NCBI GenBank assembly: GCA_046757025.1
Contig: JBHHXN010000128.1
Location: forward strand, 1 to 14,968
DNA length: 14,968 nt
Direction: 5' to 3'
Source: a bacterium
Lineage (GTDB): Bacteria; Zhuqueibacterota; Zhuqueibacteria; Oceanimicrobiales; Oceanimicrobiaceae
Of this stretch, positions 1 to 7,656 are shown one piece after another. Each line of letters opens with the position of its first letter. Within the stretch, counting starts at the first letter, position 1. The translations under genes were made by a program, and so were the position numbers. The notes under the pieces are model-generated. The model was not told the DNA's origin and ran no database searches. It saw only the letters and a list, made by a program, of their open reading frames with translations.

Positions 1-142
1 ATTTAGCCATTTTCTTGTAAAAAAATGCAAAAGTTCAGAAGTAATACTATAAATAATGTCCGTGAATTATTCAAAAACGCTCGGCGAAGACGCCTTCGCT
101 AAGTGTAAAAGATGGCTGTTTTAAAGAAAGGATTCCTCGTAT

Positions 143-3100
143 ATGAAAATAGTAAAATTCTCAATTACTCGTCCGGTCACCATCACCATGTTTATGATAG
201 CCGCCCTGGTATTCGGCTACGTAGCGTTTGACCGCCTGCCCATCAATCTGTTGCCGGACATTTCCTATCCCACCCTGACCATTCGCACCGAATATCCGGG
301 AACGGCCCCGGGCGAAGTGGAAAATCTTCTCTCCAAACCCGTGGAAGAGGCCGTGGGCATCATATCCGGAGTCGTGCGCACCAGCTCCATCTCCCGTCCG
401 GGCATGTCGGATGTCATCCTAGAATTTGACTGGGGCACCGACATGGACTTTGCGTCGCTGGAAGTTCGGGAAAAGCTGGATATGCTGAATTTGCCAGCCA
501 ATGCGGAATCGCCCATTTTACTGCGCTTCGATCCTTCTCTGGATCCCATCATGCGCGTCGGCTTGGCCGGCGATGAAAGCCTCATCGCCTTGCGGCTGCT
601 TGCCGAAGAACGCATCAAACAAGAGCTGGAATCGCTGGACGGTGTGGCCTCGGTGCAGATTTCCGGCGGCCTGGAAGAAGAAATTCAAATCAACGTCCAC
701 GAAAGCCGATTAGCCAGCCTCGGCATTCCCATCACCCAGGTGTCGCAGCGCATGGCGCAGGAAAACGTCAACCTCACAGGCGGCACCCTGAAAGACGGCG
801 AAGCTGAGTTTTTAGTCCGAACATTAAATGAATTTAAAACGATTGATGAAATGCGTAACATTGTGGTGGACATGCGTGAGCAAGCACCCATCCTGCTGGA
901 GGACATCGCTGATATTCAGAAAGGCCACAAAGAACGCAATGTCATCACCCACCTCAATGGCAAAGAGTCCGTGGAAATTGCCATTTACAAAGAAGCGGAC
1001 AAAAACACCGTGACGGTTGCTCAAACCGTAAAGGAGCGGTTGAATGCCGTGATGAAAGAATTTAAAGAATTTAATGTGCCGTTAAACATGACCATCGTCA
1101 ATGACCAGTCTCTGTTCATTCAGAACTCCGTGGACGAGGTCCTGAACACCGCCATCTGGGGCGGCCTTCTGGCGATTTTCGTGCTCTATTTGTTTTTGAG
1201 AAGTGTGAAAAGCACGGTCATCATCAGTCTCACCATTCCCATTTCCATCGTAGTCACTTTCTTTTTCATGTACATTTCAAACGTCTCGCTCAACATCATG
1301 TCGCTGGGCGGTCTTGCTCTGGGGGTGGGCATGCTGGTGGACAACGCCATCGTGGTTCTGGAATCCATAGACCGCTACCGCAAGCGCGAGCACTCACAGG
1401 CTGAAGCCGCGGACAAAGGCACCAGCGAAGTGGGCCAGGCCGTGATCGCCTCCACCTTGACCACGGTATGCGTGTTTGTACCCATCATTTTCGTGGAAGG
1501 CATCGCTGGCCAGCTATTCAACGATCAGGCGCTGACAGTGACCTATTCTCTGATGGCCTCGTTGATAGTCGCCCTCACACTCATTCCTATGTTGTCGTCA
1601 CGGCAATTACAGGTTCAGACCTCCTCTTCTTCAAAAAACCCATCCGAGCAAAAGGGAGAGCGCCAAAGTAACATCCGAAAAATCATCAATATGATTTTTA
1701 TTCAAACGCCGGCTCTGGTAATTTATTATCTTCGCAAATTCTTAGCTGGAATCGGCAATCTCCTGAATTGGTTGCTGGGTCCTGTTTACGCTGCTTTTGA
1801 TCGATTGCTGAAAAATTTGACCGAAGCGTATCCAAAATTTATTCAAAGCGTATTGAGGCACCGTGTGAAATTTCTCGGCAGCACGCTGTTATTGTTAGCA
1901 TTATCTATGGGCAGTTTCAATTTCATCGGCACCGAGCTCATCCCGGAAATGAGTCAGGGCGAATTTTTTGTGGACATTCTCCTGCCTATCGGTACGCCTC
2001 TGGAGGAAACCGAACAGGTGGTGGCCGACATGGCCGCGCAAGCACAACGCGTGCGCGGTATTCGCAGCGTTTACACCGTTTCTGGAACCGCCGCGCAAAT
2101 GGGATTCAGCGCCACCGAAATGCGCGAAAACCTCGGACAATTGCATATCCAATTGGAGAAGCGCAACGATCGGGCAGCGGAGCTGCAGGTGATGGACGAG
2201 CTGCGACAACGCTTTGCTTCCATTCCCGGTCTGGAGTACAAAATCTCCCGACCTACCCTGTTCAGCTTTCGCACCCCCATCGAAGTGGAAGTGCGCGGGT
2301 ATAATTTGCAGGAGCTGGAAAGACTCAGCCTGCTGCTCGCACAGGAGATGCGCAACATTCCCGGTCTACGCGACATCAAAGCGAGCACCGAGGGCGGCAA
2401 TCCCGAAGTGCAGATCATCTTCAACCGCCGGCGGGTAGCACAAGCGGGCCTGGACATCGCCACCATCGGCAACATCGTTCGCAACAAAGTCATGGGAGAG
2501 GTCTCCACCGAGCTCAACCGCCAGGATCGCAAAGTCGATATCCGCGTGCGGGCGCGGGAAGAAGATCGCAACAATGTGGACGACTTGAAAAGGCTGGTGG
2601 TCAATCCTTCCGGCTCGATTCCCATTACCTTAGCCACCGTAGCCGATATCAGACTGGAGCGCGGGCCAAGCGAAATCCGCCGCATCGATCAGGAACGTGT
2701 TGCCCTCGTAACCGCCAATCTCAAAGGTCGCGATCTCGGTAGCGTTTCACTGGACATTCAAAACATCATCAACGGCATGCAGCTGCCGCCCGATTTTCGC
2801 GTGCGCATCGGCGGGCAGCAGCGCGAGATGGTCACCTCCTTCGACAGCATGAAACTGGCCATCGGCCTGGCGATTTTTCTGGTTTACCTGGTTATGGCCT
2901 CACAATTCGAGTCGCTGGTGCAGCCGTTCATCATCATGTTCTCCATTCCGTTCGCCATCATCGGAGTGAGCCTCACTCTCTTACTCACCAGCACCCCCAT
3001 CAGTGTGGTGGTCCTCATCGGGATGATCATGCTGGCGGGCATTGTGGTCAACAATGCCATCGTTTTGATCGATTACATCAATCGGCTGCGCAAACAGGGC

Positions 3101-3349
3101 TTGGCCAAACGCGAAGCCATCAAGCAGGCGGGACAGGTGCGATTGCGGCCCATCCTCATGACCACCCTCACCACCGTGCTGGGCCTCTTACCCATGGCGT
3201 TGGGCCTTGGCGAAGGCGCCGAGCTGCGTACCCCCATGGCGGTCACGGTCATCGGCGGACTACTGATGGGCACGCTGTTGACACTGGTGGTGATTCCGAC
3301 AGTTTACGACGTCGTAGTAAGAGAAAAAGCCGTGCCGCAGTCAGAATAA
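143..3349 (+). CDS. RND efflux transporter permease subunit (AcrB/AcrD/AcrF family)
   Basis: 1068 aa with two-repeat RND topology. N-terminus 'RPVTITM...LPINLLPDISYPTLTIRTEYPG', TM4 'GMLVDNAIVVLE', TM10 'GIVVNNAIVLID', TM11 'RLRPILMTTLTT'. Purine-rich AAAGGA upstream of the ATG. Confidence 0.96.
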   Translation: MKIVKFSITRPVTITMFMIAALVFGYVAFDRLPINLLPDISYPTLTIRTEYPGTAPGEVENLLSKPVEEAVGIISGVVRTSSISRPGMSDVILEFDWGTDMDFASLEVREKLDMLNLPANAESPILLRFDPSLDPIMRVGLAGDESLIALRLLAEERIKQELESLDGVASVQISGGLEEEIQINVHESRLASLGIPITQVSQRMAQENVNLTGGTLKDGEAEFLVRTLNEFKTIDEMRNIVVDMREQAPILLEDIADIQKGHKERNVITHLNGKESVEIAIYKEADKNTVTVAQTVKERLNAVMKEFKEFNVPLNMTIVNDQSLFIQNSVDEVLNTAIWGGLLAIFVLYLFLRSVKSTVIISLTIPISIVVTFFFMYISNVSLNIMSLGGLALGVGMLVDNAIVVLESIDRYRKREHSQAEAADKGTSEVGQAVIASTLTTVCVFVPIIFVEGIAGQLFNDQALTVTYSLMASLIVALTLIPMLSSRQLQVQTSSSSKNPSEQKGERQSNIRKIINMIFIQTPALVIYYLRKFLAGIGNLLNWLLGPVYAAFDRLLKNLTEAYPKFIQSVLRHRVKFLGSTLLLLALSMGSFNFIGTELIPEMSQGEFFVDILLPIGTPLEETEQVVADMAAQAQRVRGIRSVYTVSGTAAQMGFSATEMRENLGQLHIQLEKRNDRAAELQVMDELRQRFASIPGLEYKISRPTLFSFRTPIEVEVRGYNLQELERLSLLLAQEMRNIPGLRDIKASTEGGNPEVQIIFNRRRVAQAGLDIATIGNIVRNKVMGEVSTELNRQDRKVDIRVRAREEDRNNVDDLKRLVVNPSGSIPITLATVADIRLERGPSEIRRIDQERVALVTANLKGRDLGSVSLDIQNIINGMQLPPDFRVRIGGQQREMVTSFDSMKLAIGLAIFLVYLVMASQFESLVQPFIIMFSIPFAIIGVSLTLLLTSTPISVVVLIGMIMLAGIVVNNAIVLIDYINRLRKQGLAKREAIKQAGQVRLRPILMTTLTTVLGLLPMALGLGEGAELRTPMAVTVIGGLLMGTLLTLVVIPTVYDVVVREKAVPQSE

Positions 3350-3445
3350 CAAGCTCGGTCGATTGATTTTCACAATTTTTCCAGGAACGAGCACATTAGT
3401 CTATAATCCCGAATAACTTTGTTTTTTTAGCAAAGTTTGTAAAAA

Positions 3446-3474
3446 CCTCACGCAAAGCCGCCAAGCTCGCAAAG
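3446..3474. repeat. Short CGCMAAG tandem repeat
   Basis: cgcaaag (3451-3457), cgccaag (3459-3465), cgcaaag (3468-3474). Confidence 0.5.
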
Positions 3475-3542
3475 AAAAGAATAAATATATTTACACGCAA
3501 AACCGGCACCGGGCTTTTGGCTATGGGTAGTTATTTTTCGGT

Positions 3543-3655
3543 ACTTACGTTGAGACTCCCATTTTATCCGGCAGTTGGGTTACAAAAACCATTTTAGATA
3601 GTGGTGTTATATTTGCTAACAGCCAACGGCCTATAGCGAATCGCTCAATTTAAGT
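3543..3655. mobile_element. Possible degenerate MITE / IS-end relic
   Basis: acttacgttgag (3543-3554) versus ctcaatttaagt (3644-3655, reverse complement acttaaattgag), 10/12 inverted match, no ORF inside. Confidence 0.3.
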
Positions 3656-3728
3656 TAAAATTATTTTGCCCTTAATCATTTTGCCTTTTTGGTTGCGGCT
3701 TCGCTGCATTAGGAACTTATTGCCTAAC

Positions 3729-3748
3729 ATCGACAAAGTATTGTCGAT
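3729..3748. repeat. Perfect 8-bp inverted repeat
   Basis: atcgacaa-agta-ttgtcgat. Confidence 0.6.
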
Positions 3749-3791
3749 TTGCAGGAGTGTCTAAAATCGCAAATCGGAACAAAATTGAGTA

Positions 3792-3848
3792 TTGCGGATT
3801 GTGGAAGGTGTCAGTTAATCATTGACACGTTAATTCCGAAATCCGCAC
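3792..3848. repeat. Imperfect hairpin built from heptamer-like ATCCGMA units
   Basis: ttgcggattgtggaa (3792-3806) pairs 12/15 with ttccgaaatccgcac (3834-3848), with an inner stem gtgtca (3808-3813)/tgacac (3823-3828). Confidence 0.5.
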
Positions 3849-3997
3849 TTCAAAAGCGGAATGTTTCAGGTTCCCATTTGCTTAACTGTCTGCGCGCTCT
3901 TTTCACAGTGGCGTCTGTGAAAAAACGTAAAAACATCAATAATAAGAAGAATTTGCGGAGGCTCAGAGGCACCAGATGAATGAGAAGGGTTGTCCGT

Positions 3998-5377
3998 TCA
4001 AAATGCGCTGTTGAATCGCAAGTAAAAATCGAGCTGCTCTCGTGACCGGCCCACATCCATGCGCAAGATCAAATTATTATTCCAATTGAGCCAAATCCCG
4101 AATCCAAAGGTGGCATGAAAATTTTTAAATTCAATTTCTGACCAGCGATGCCACACGCGCCCGCTGTCGTAGAAACCGATGATAATCAAGTCAATTGGTT
4201 GCGGCAGAATTTTAAATCGGTGGGCTTTGTAACGCAATTCCGTCAAGGTGAAAAATTTGATCTTATCCTGAAAACGACGGCTTTTGTAACCGCGCAAAGA
4301 TTGGCTGCCGCCCAGACCGCGAGTGAGCCGTTGACCAGCGGATTCACCAAACGCGTAGTAAGGCGCCTGCCCGGCAATGGCCTCAAAAGCCACCCGGTTG
4401 GCAAATATCAGTCGATTGGTGATGGATGTAAAATGTGCATCCGAAATCGTGTACCGATAAAAGGTGACCTCTTTGCCGCGTTTTTCCGTGCCGTTTTCTC
4501 CCGGCGCTATCTCATTGACGTTTTCAAAATTGGGCTCAAAAGTCACTTCAGTGAGAAAACCTGAAAGCGGAAAAACGCTTTCAGAGCGCGTGTCCCAACT
4601 CAAACGGAAACTCAAATGGTTGCCCGATCCTCCTAAATAACCGAAGGGTTTATCGCTGGCCAGAAACGACTTTTCCACCCCGTGCTTAAACTGCGGTTCC
4701 ACGTTATGTAATCCAAATCCATACCAGAACTGAATATTTGGCAGCAGACGATAAGTGCCGTAAAGCGTCAATCGTGGTCGCTTCAAATTGTAAATATAAA
4801 ACTCTTCATGAACAAAATCCGGGCTTTTCGGATCCGTGAGGTTTTCCTCATTCAAACTGTTGTTTCCAATTCCGAAATAACGCGTTTCTAAATCACGGCG
4901 CCAGGCAGCCTGCAAAAAAAATCCAAAATTAGACTGATTGATCTCTGGGTATTTAAAAACGATCTTATGATTGTGACTGCCCAGCGTGGAAGCGATGATT
5001 TGCAAGATGATGTCGTATTCATTCTGAGCCGGCCCTCTGGAGCGCAATTTCGTGTAAAACCCCAAATTTACACCCGTGCGCGGAGTTAAGTACACGATCG
5101 GTAGCGCGTTCAATCGGTACGGACGGTCAAAGAGGTTGACTTTGTACTGCTGAAAAGCCCTTCGTAGCGCGCGTTTCCAGAAATTACTATCTTCCCCCTC
5201 AGGCGTTTTTTTTTCTTTACCTTCGTTGTTCGGCTTATTGCGATGGTCATCATTTTGAGCCAGGACACTTTTTTGCCCGCAAAAAAAGAACAGCAGTGAA
5301 ATGGTTAACAGGAGAACGGGACTTGTGAACACCCATCGTGGGTGGAAAGCGTGTAAAATCGAACGGGAAATCGTCAT
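3998..5377 (-). CDS. Omp85 (BamA/TamA superfamily) outer-membrane beta-barrel protein without POTRA domains
   Basis: 459 aa. Signal peptide ending 'SVLA-Q', amphipathic beta-strands, Omp85 loop-6 motif 'LGGSQSLRGY', 'FYDSGRVW', C-terminal beta-signal 'FYLRFNSAF'. GGGG SD-like sequence upstream of the ATG. Confidence 0.88.
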   Translation of the reverse strand: MTISRSILHAFHPRWVFTSPVLLLTISLLFFFCGQKSVLAQNDDHRNKPNNEGKEKKTPEGEDSNFWKRALRRAFQQYKVNLFDRPYRLNALPIVYLTPRTGVNLGFYTKLRSRGPAQNEYDIILQIIASTLGSHNHKIVFKYPEINQSNFGFFLQAAWRRDLETRYFGIGNNSLNEENLTDPKSPDFVHEEFYIYNLKRPRLTLYGTYRLLPNIQFWYGFGLHNVEPQFKHGVEKSFLASDKPFGYLGGSGNHLSFRLSWDTRSESVFPLSGFLTEVTFEPNFENVNEIAPGENGTEKRGKEVTFYRYTISDAHFTSITNRLIFANRVAFEAIAGQAPYYAFGESAGQRLTRGLGGSQSLRGYKSRRFQDKIKFFTLTELRYKAHRFKILPQPIDLIIIGFYDSGRVWHRWSEIEFKNFHATFGFGIWLNWNNNLILRMDVGRSREQLDFYLRFNSAF

Positions 5378-5560
5378 GTTTTACCCCCTTTAAAGCAGGA
5401 TTCATGGAAATGCTGAAGCAGATGCTGGAGGATAATTCAATTTGTTTTGAGTAAAGTGAAAAATCGCTTCACAGGAAAAGGCCGCTAATTCGTTTGCTAC
5501 CAGACCCCGACTAAAAGTGAACGCAGAAAAACACCGTTCTTCAGGGGCGACGTTTTGGAC

Positions 5561-5920
5561 TCATCCTTCTGATTGCTGATTTTGATATTGTTTGTGCAGC
5601 TGCATTTCGTTGCCAAGCGGTAAGGCGCCGAAATTGTTGAAAAACGAATTGAGATAATTCTGGAATTGCGCTTCGGTATTTTCCGTGGCCAGCCAGCGAA
5701 TGAGCAGCACGCTTTCGTTGACTTCCAGTAACGGTAAAATTCGGCTGCGGAAATTTTGCAAGCCCTGACTCAGATTTTCAGCAAATCCATAATAAAACAT
5801 GGCGCTTTTACCACGTGGATAATTTACCAGCCCATCCTTCACCTTGATTTGAAAGAGCCCGTTTTGAGCCGGAGCCTCGGTTTCGGTATTGGCCAGGGTA
5901 GTCCAGTCAGAATAACGCAT
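5561..5920 (-). CDS. Hypothetical protein with degenerate GIY-YIG-like fold
   Basis: 119 aa. 'PAQNGLFQI' resembles P-x-x-x-GVY, 'FYYGFAENL' resembles YIG-x-A-x-NL, C-terminal 'F...FGALPLGN'. Near-consensus promoter upstream. Confidence 0.65.
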   Translation of the reverse strand: MRYSDWTTLANTETEAPAQNGLFQIKVKDGLVNYPRGKSAMFYYGFAENLSQGLQNFRSRILPLLEVNESVLLIRWLATENTEAQFQNYLNSFFNNFGALPLGNEMQLHKQYQNQQSEG

Positions 5921-6008
5921 AATCTTTTGATTTTTAGGCCGATGTTGAAAGCGCCAACTATTCGTAAAAATGTTTCATGAACTCGTAAAATATCGGTTTA
6001 TTTATTAA

Positions 6009-6037
6009 AAGATAACATGAAGGCATTAAAATGTCAA
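6009..6037 (-). promoter_or_regulatory. Sigma70-type promoter for the 119-aa gene (possibly also the Omp85 gene)
   Basis: Minus strand reads TTGACA-N17-TATCTT with TGn extended -10 (ttgaca ttttaatgccttcatgt tatctt). Confidence 0.7.
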
Positions 6038-6220
6038 GAGATCAAATGAATTTTCTCGATGATTTGCTAAATTCTATTTTCATAAAAACTCCAACTTAAA
6101 AAAAGTATCGATAGCTCAATTTGTGAAAGCAGAAGTCACCATTGCCCTGAATTTGACATTCAAATCCACACAAACCAATTGTCTTTTTGCCATCGGATTA
6201 CTAAATTTGGGCATCATCAC

Positions 6221-6249
6221 TAAACCTTTTTCCCTTCCAGAAGGTCTAA
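6221..6249 (+). promoter_or_regulatory. Candidate ECF-sigma-dependent autoregulatory promoter
   Basis: tAAACCT-N17-TCTAA (-10 context GGTCTAA), similar to the RpoE/AlgU-type GAACTT-N16/17-TCTRA, about 40 nt upstream of the conserved part of the ECF gene. Confidence 0.55.
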
Positions 6250-6290
6250 TCCAATGTCAAATTAACCACCGAATCCGGAGAAGCGAGCAA

Positions 6291-6824
6291 CTGGTACCCG
6301 ATTTAAAAAATGAACGAGAAGTCATTCAACGCTGCCAGCGGGGAGACATGCGGGCGTTTGAAAAGATCTACCGCCACTACCAGCAGCCGCTGCTCAATTT
6401 GGGTCTGCGCATGCTCGGCAGAATGGAAGATGTGGAAGATGCCGTACAAACGACCTTTTTAAAACTGTATCGCGGAATAGAACAATTTCGGTTTGGCGCA
6501 AAATTGCAAACCTATTTGTTTCGAATTATGCTCAACGTCTGTTTCGATCAGTTGCAGAAAAAAAAGCAGAAACCGGCCGAATTTCTCGAAAAAACCGAGA
6601 CGGTTTATCAAACCGACAACGAACTGAAAATACAACTGGAGGAAGCGATTCAGGCGTTACCGCAGCGAATGCGTGCCTGCTTTGTGCTGTTTCCCGTGCA
6701 GCAATGCAAACAAAAAGAAATCGCCGAGATTTTAGATATGAACCTGAGCACGGTGAAAGCACATATTTTTCAAGCGAAAACCCGACTGCGCCGGGCGCTG
6801 GCGGAATTTAAAAACGAGGGTTAA
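6291..6824 (+). CDS. ECF-subfamily RNA polymerase sigma-70 factor (start uncertain: ORF track GTG 6123, proposed CTG 6291, alternative ATG 6348)
   Basis: Region 1.2/2 'EREVIQRCQRGDMRAFEKIY...DVEDAVQTTFLKLY...YLFRIMLNVC'. Region 4 'LPQRMRACFVL...KEIAEILDMNLSTVKAHIFQAKTRL'. GGAG at 6277-6280 precedes the in-frame CTG at 6291. Confidence 0.93.
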   Translation: MVPDLKNEREVIQRCQRGDMRAFEKIYRHYQQPLLNLGLRMLGRMEDVEDAVQTTFLKLYRGIEQFRFGAKLQTYLFRIMLNVCFDQLQKKKQKPAEFLEKTETVYQTDNELKIQLEEAIQALPQRMRACFVLFPVQQCKQKEIAEILDMNLSTVKAHIFQAKTRLRRALAEFKNEG

Positions 6825-6825
6825 C

Positions 6826-7461
6826 ATGACTTGCTCTTTTTATCAAAAATTCAACCTCGATAAAGTGGACCAGCAAATCTTTGAAAAACATCTACGGGGG
6901 TGTCCGATTTGTCAGAAGTTGCACAAACAGGATAGCTGGCTGCTGGCCAGAGCTGCCGAGCTGCAGCAAAACCTGCCGGCGCCTGACCTTTGGCGCAAAA
7001 TCGAAAACACGCTGCAGGCCGAAAAACAGCGTACAATTACGCAGCGACGAACGTTCTTTTCCGCTTCCAAAACAACTTATTTGCGCCTGGCCGCGGCGCT
7101 GGTGTTGATGATCGGTGTGAGCTCGGCGGTCTATATGCTGTCCCGTTCCCGTTTCCAGGATTCGGGCATTTTGACCGCTTCGGTATTAGAACGTGTGGAA
7201 AAAAACGAACGCGCCTACTTGTCCGCCATCGCCGAGCTGGAACAGGAGGCCCTGCCGCGCCTGGCTGAAATCGACCTGGAGCTTATGCTGCTCTATCGCG
7301 ATCGACTCTCCACCATCGACGATCAGATTGCCCGCTGTAAAGATGCGCTGGCAGATAACCCGGCAAACGCTCACATCCGACGCTACATGCTGGCCGCCTT
7401 GCAGGACAAAAAACAAACCCTGCAGGAAATCTTGAGCCAGCAGCACAACGGCGGCGGGTAA
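6826..7461 (+). CDS. Zinc-binding (ZAS) transmembrane anti-sigma factor
   Basis: Starts 1 nt after the ECF stop, with SD GAGGG inside the ECF 3' end. HxxxCxxC motif 'HLRGCPIC', single TM 'LAAALVLMIGVSSAVYML', helical extracytoplasmic C-terminus ('IDDQIARCKDALADNPAN'). Confidence 0.88.
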   Translation: MTCSFYQKFNLDKVDQQIFEKHLRGCPICQKLHKQDSWLLARAAELQQNLPAPDLWRKIENTLQAEKQRTITQRRTFFSASKTTYLRLAAALVLMIGVSSAVYMLSRSRFQDSGILTASVLERVEKNERAYLSAIAELEQEALPRLAEIDLELMLLYRDRLSTIDDQIARCKDALADNPANAHIRRYMLAALQDKKQTLQEILSQQHNGGG

Positions 7462-7656
7462 AGGCCCGGCGCCGTTCCGCACGTGAAAGGATTTCAGCAA
7501 TCAATTATGAAAATCAACAGCGATCATCTTTCCCGCCCGAGGGGTTGTTTAAAGGGCGCCGTGCTGTGGGCCGGCAACATACGGGCACAAATTACATCGA
7601 AAGACCTTTTGAGGTTTTTCATAATTCAATCATCAAAAAACATAGCGAGGTCTAAC

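Noticed and set aside
265..3273. Many overlapping or antisense ORFs within the RND gene (e.g. 2071-2685)
   Set aside because: Shadow ORFs with Ser/Arg-rich composition and no SD sequence or domain features.
3900..3923. ttttcacag/ctgtgaaaa hairpin as a rho-independent terminator
   Set aside because: T-runs precede and A-runs follow the stem on both strands, the wrong polarity for an intrinsic terminator.
3749..4056. Short ORFs 3749-3979 (+) and 3850-4056 (-)
   Set aside because: They overlap repeat/hairpin sequence or the Omp85 3' end, and have no convincing SD or motifs.
5561..5920. GIY-YIG-like protein as the mobiliser of the palindromic repeats
   Set aside because: The gene is not flanked by the repeats and appears to lack catalytic residues.
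7627..7655. Second GGTCTAA (-10-like) motif before the solenoid gene
   Set aside because: No AAC-type -35 at the right spacing, and the motif overlaps the SD with the ATG only 1 nt downstream.
7483..7656. 58-aa N-terminal extension of the solenoid ORF
   Set aside because: ATG 7657 has an SD and gives a canonical signal peptide, whereas the extension would bury it.
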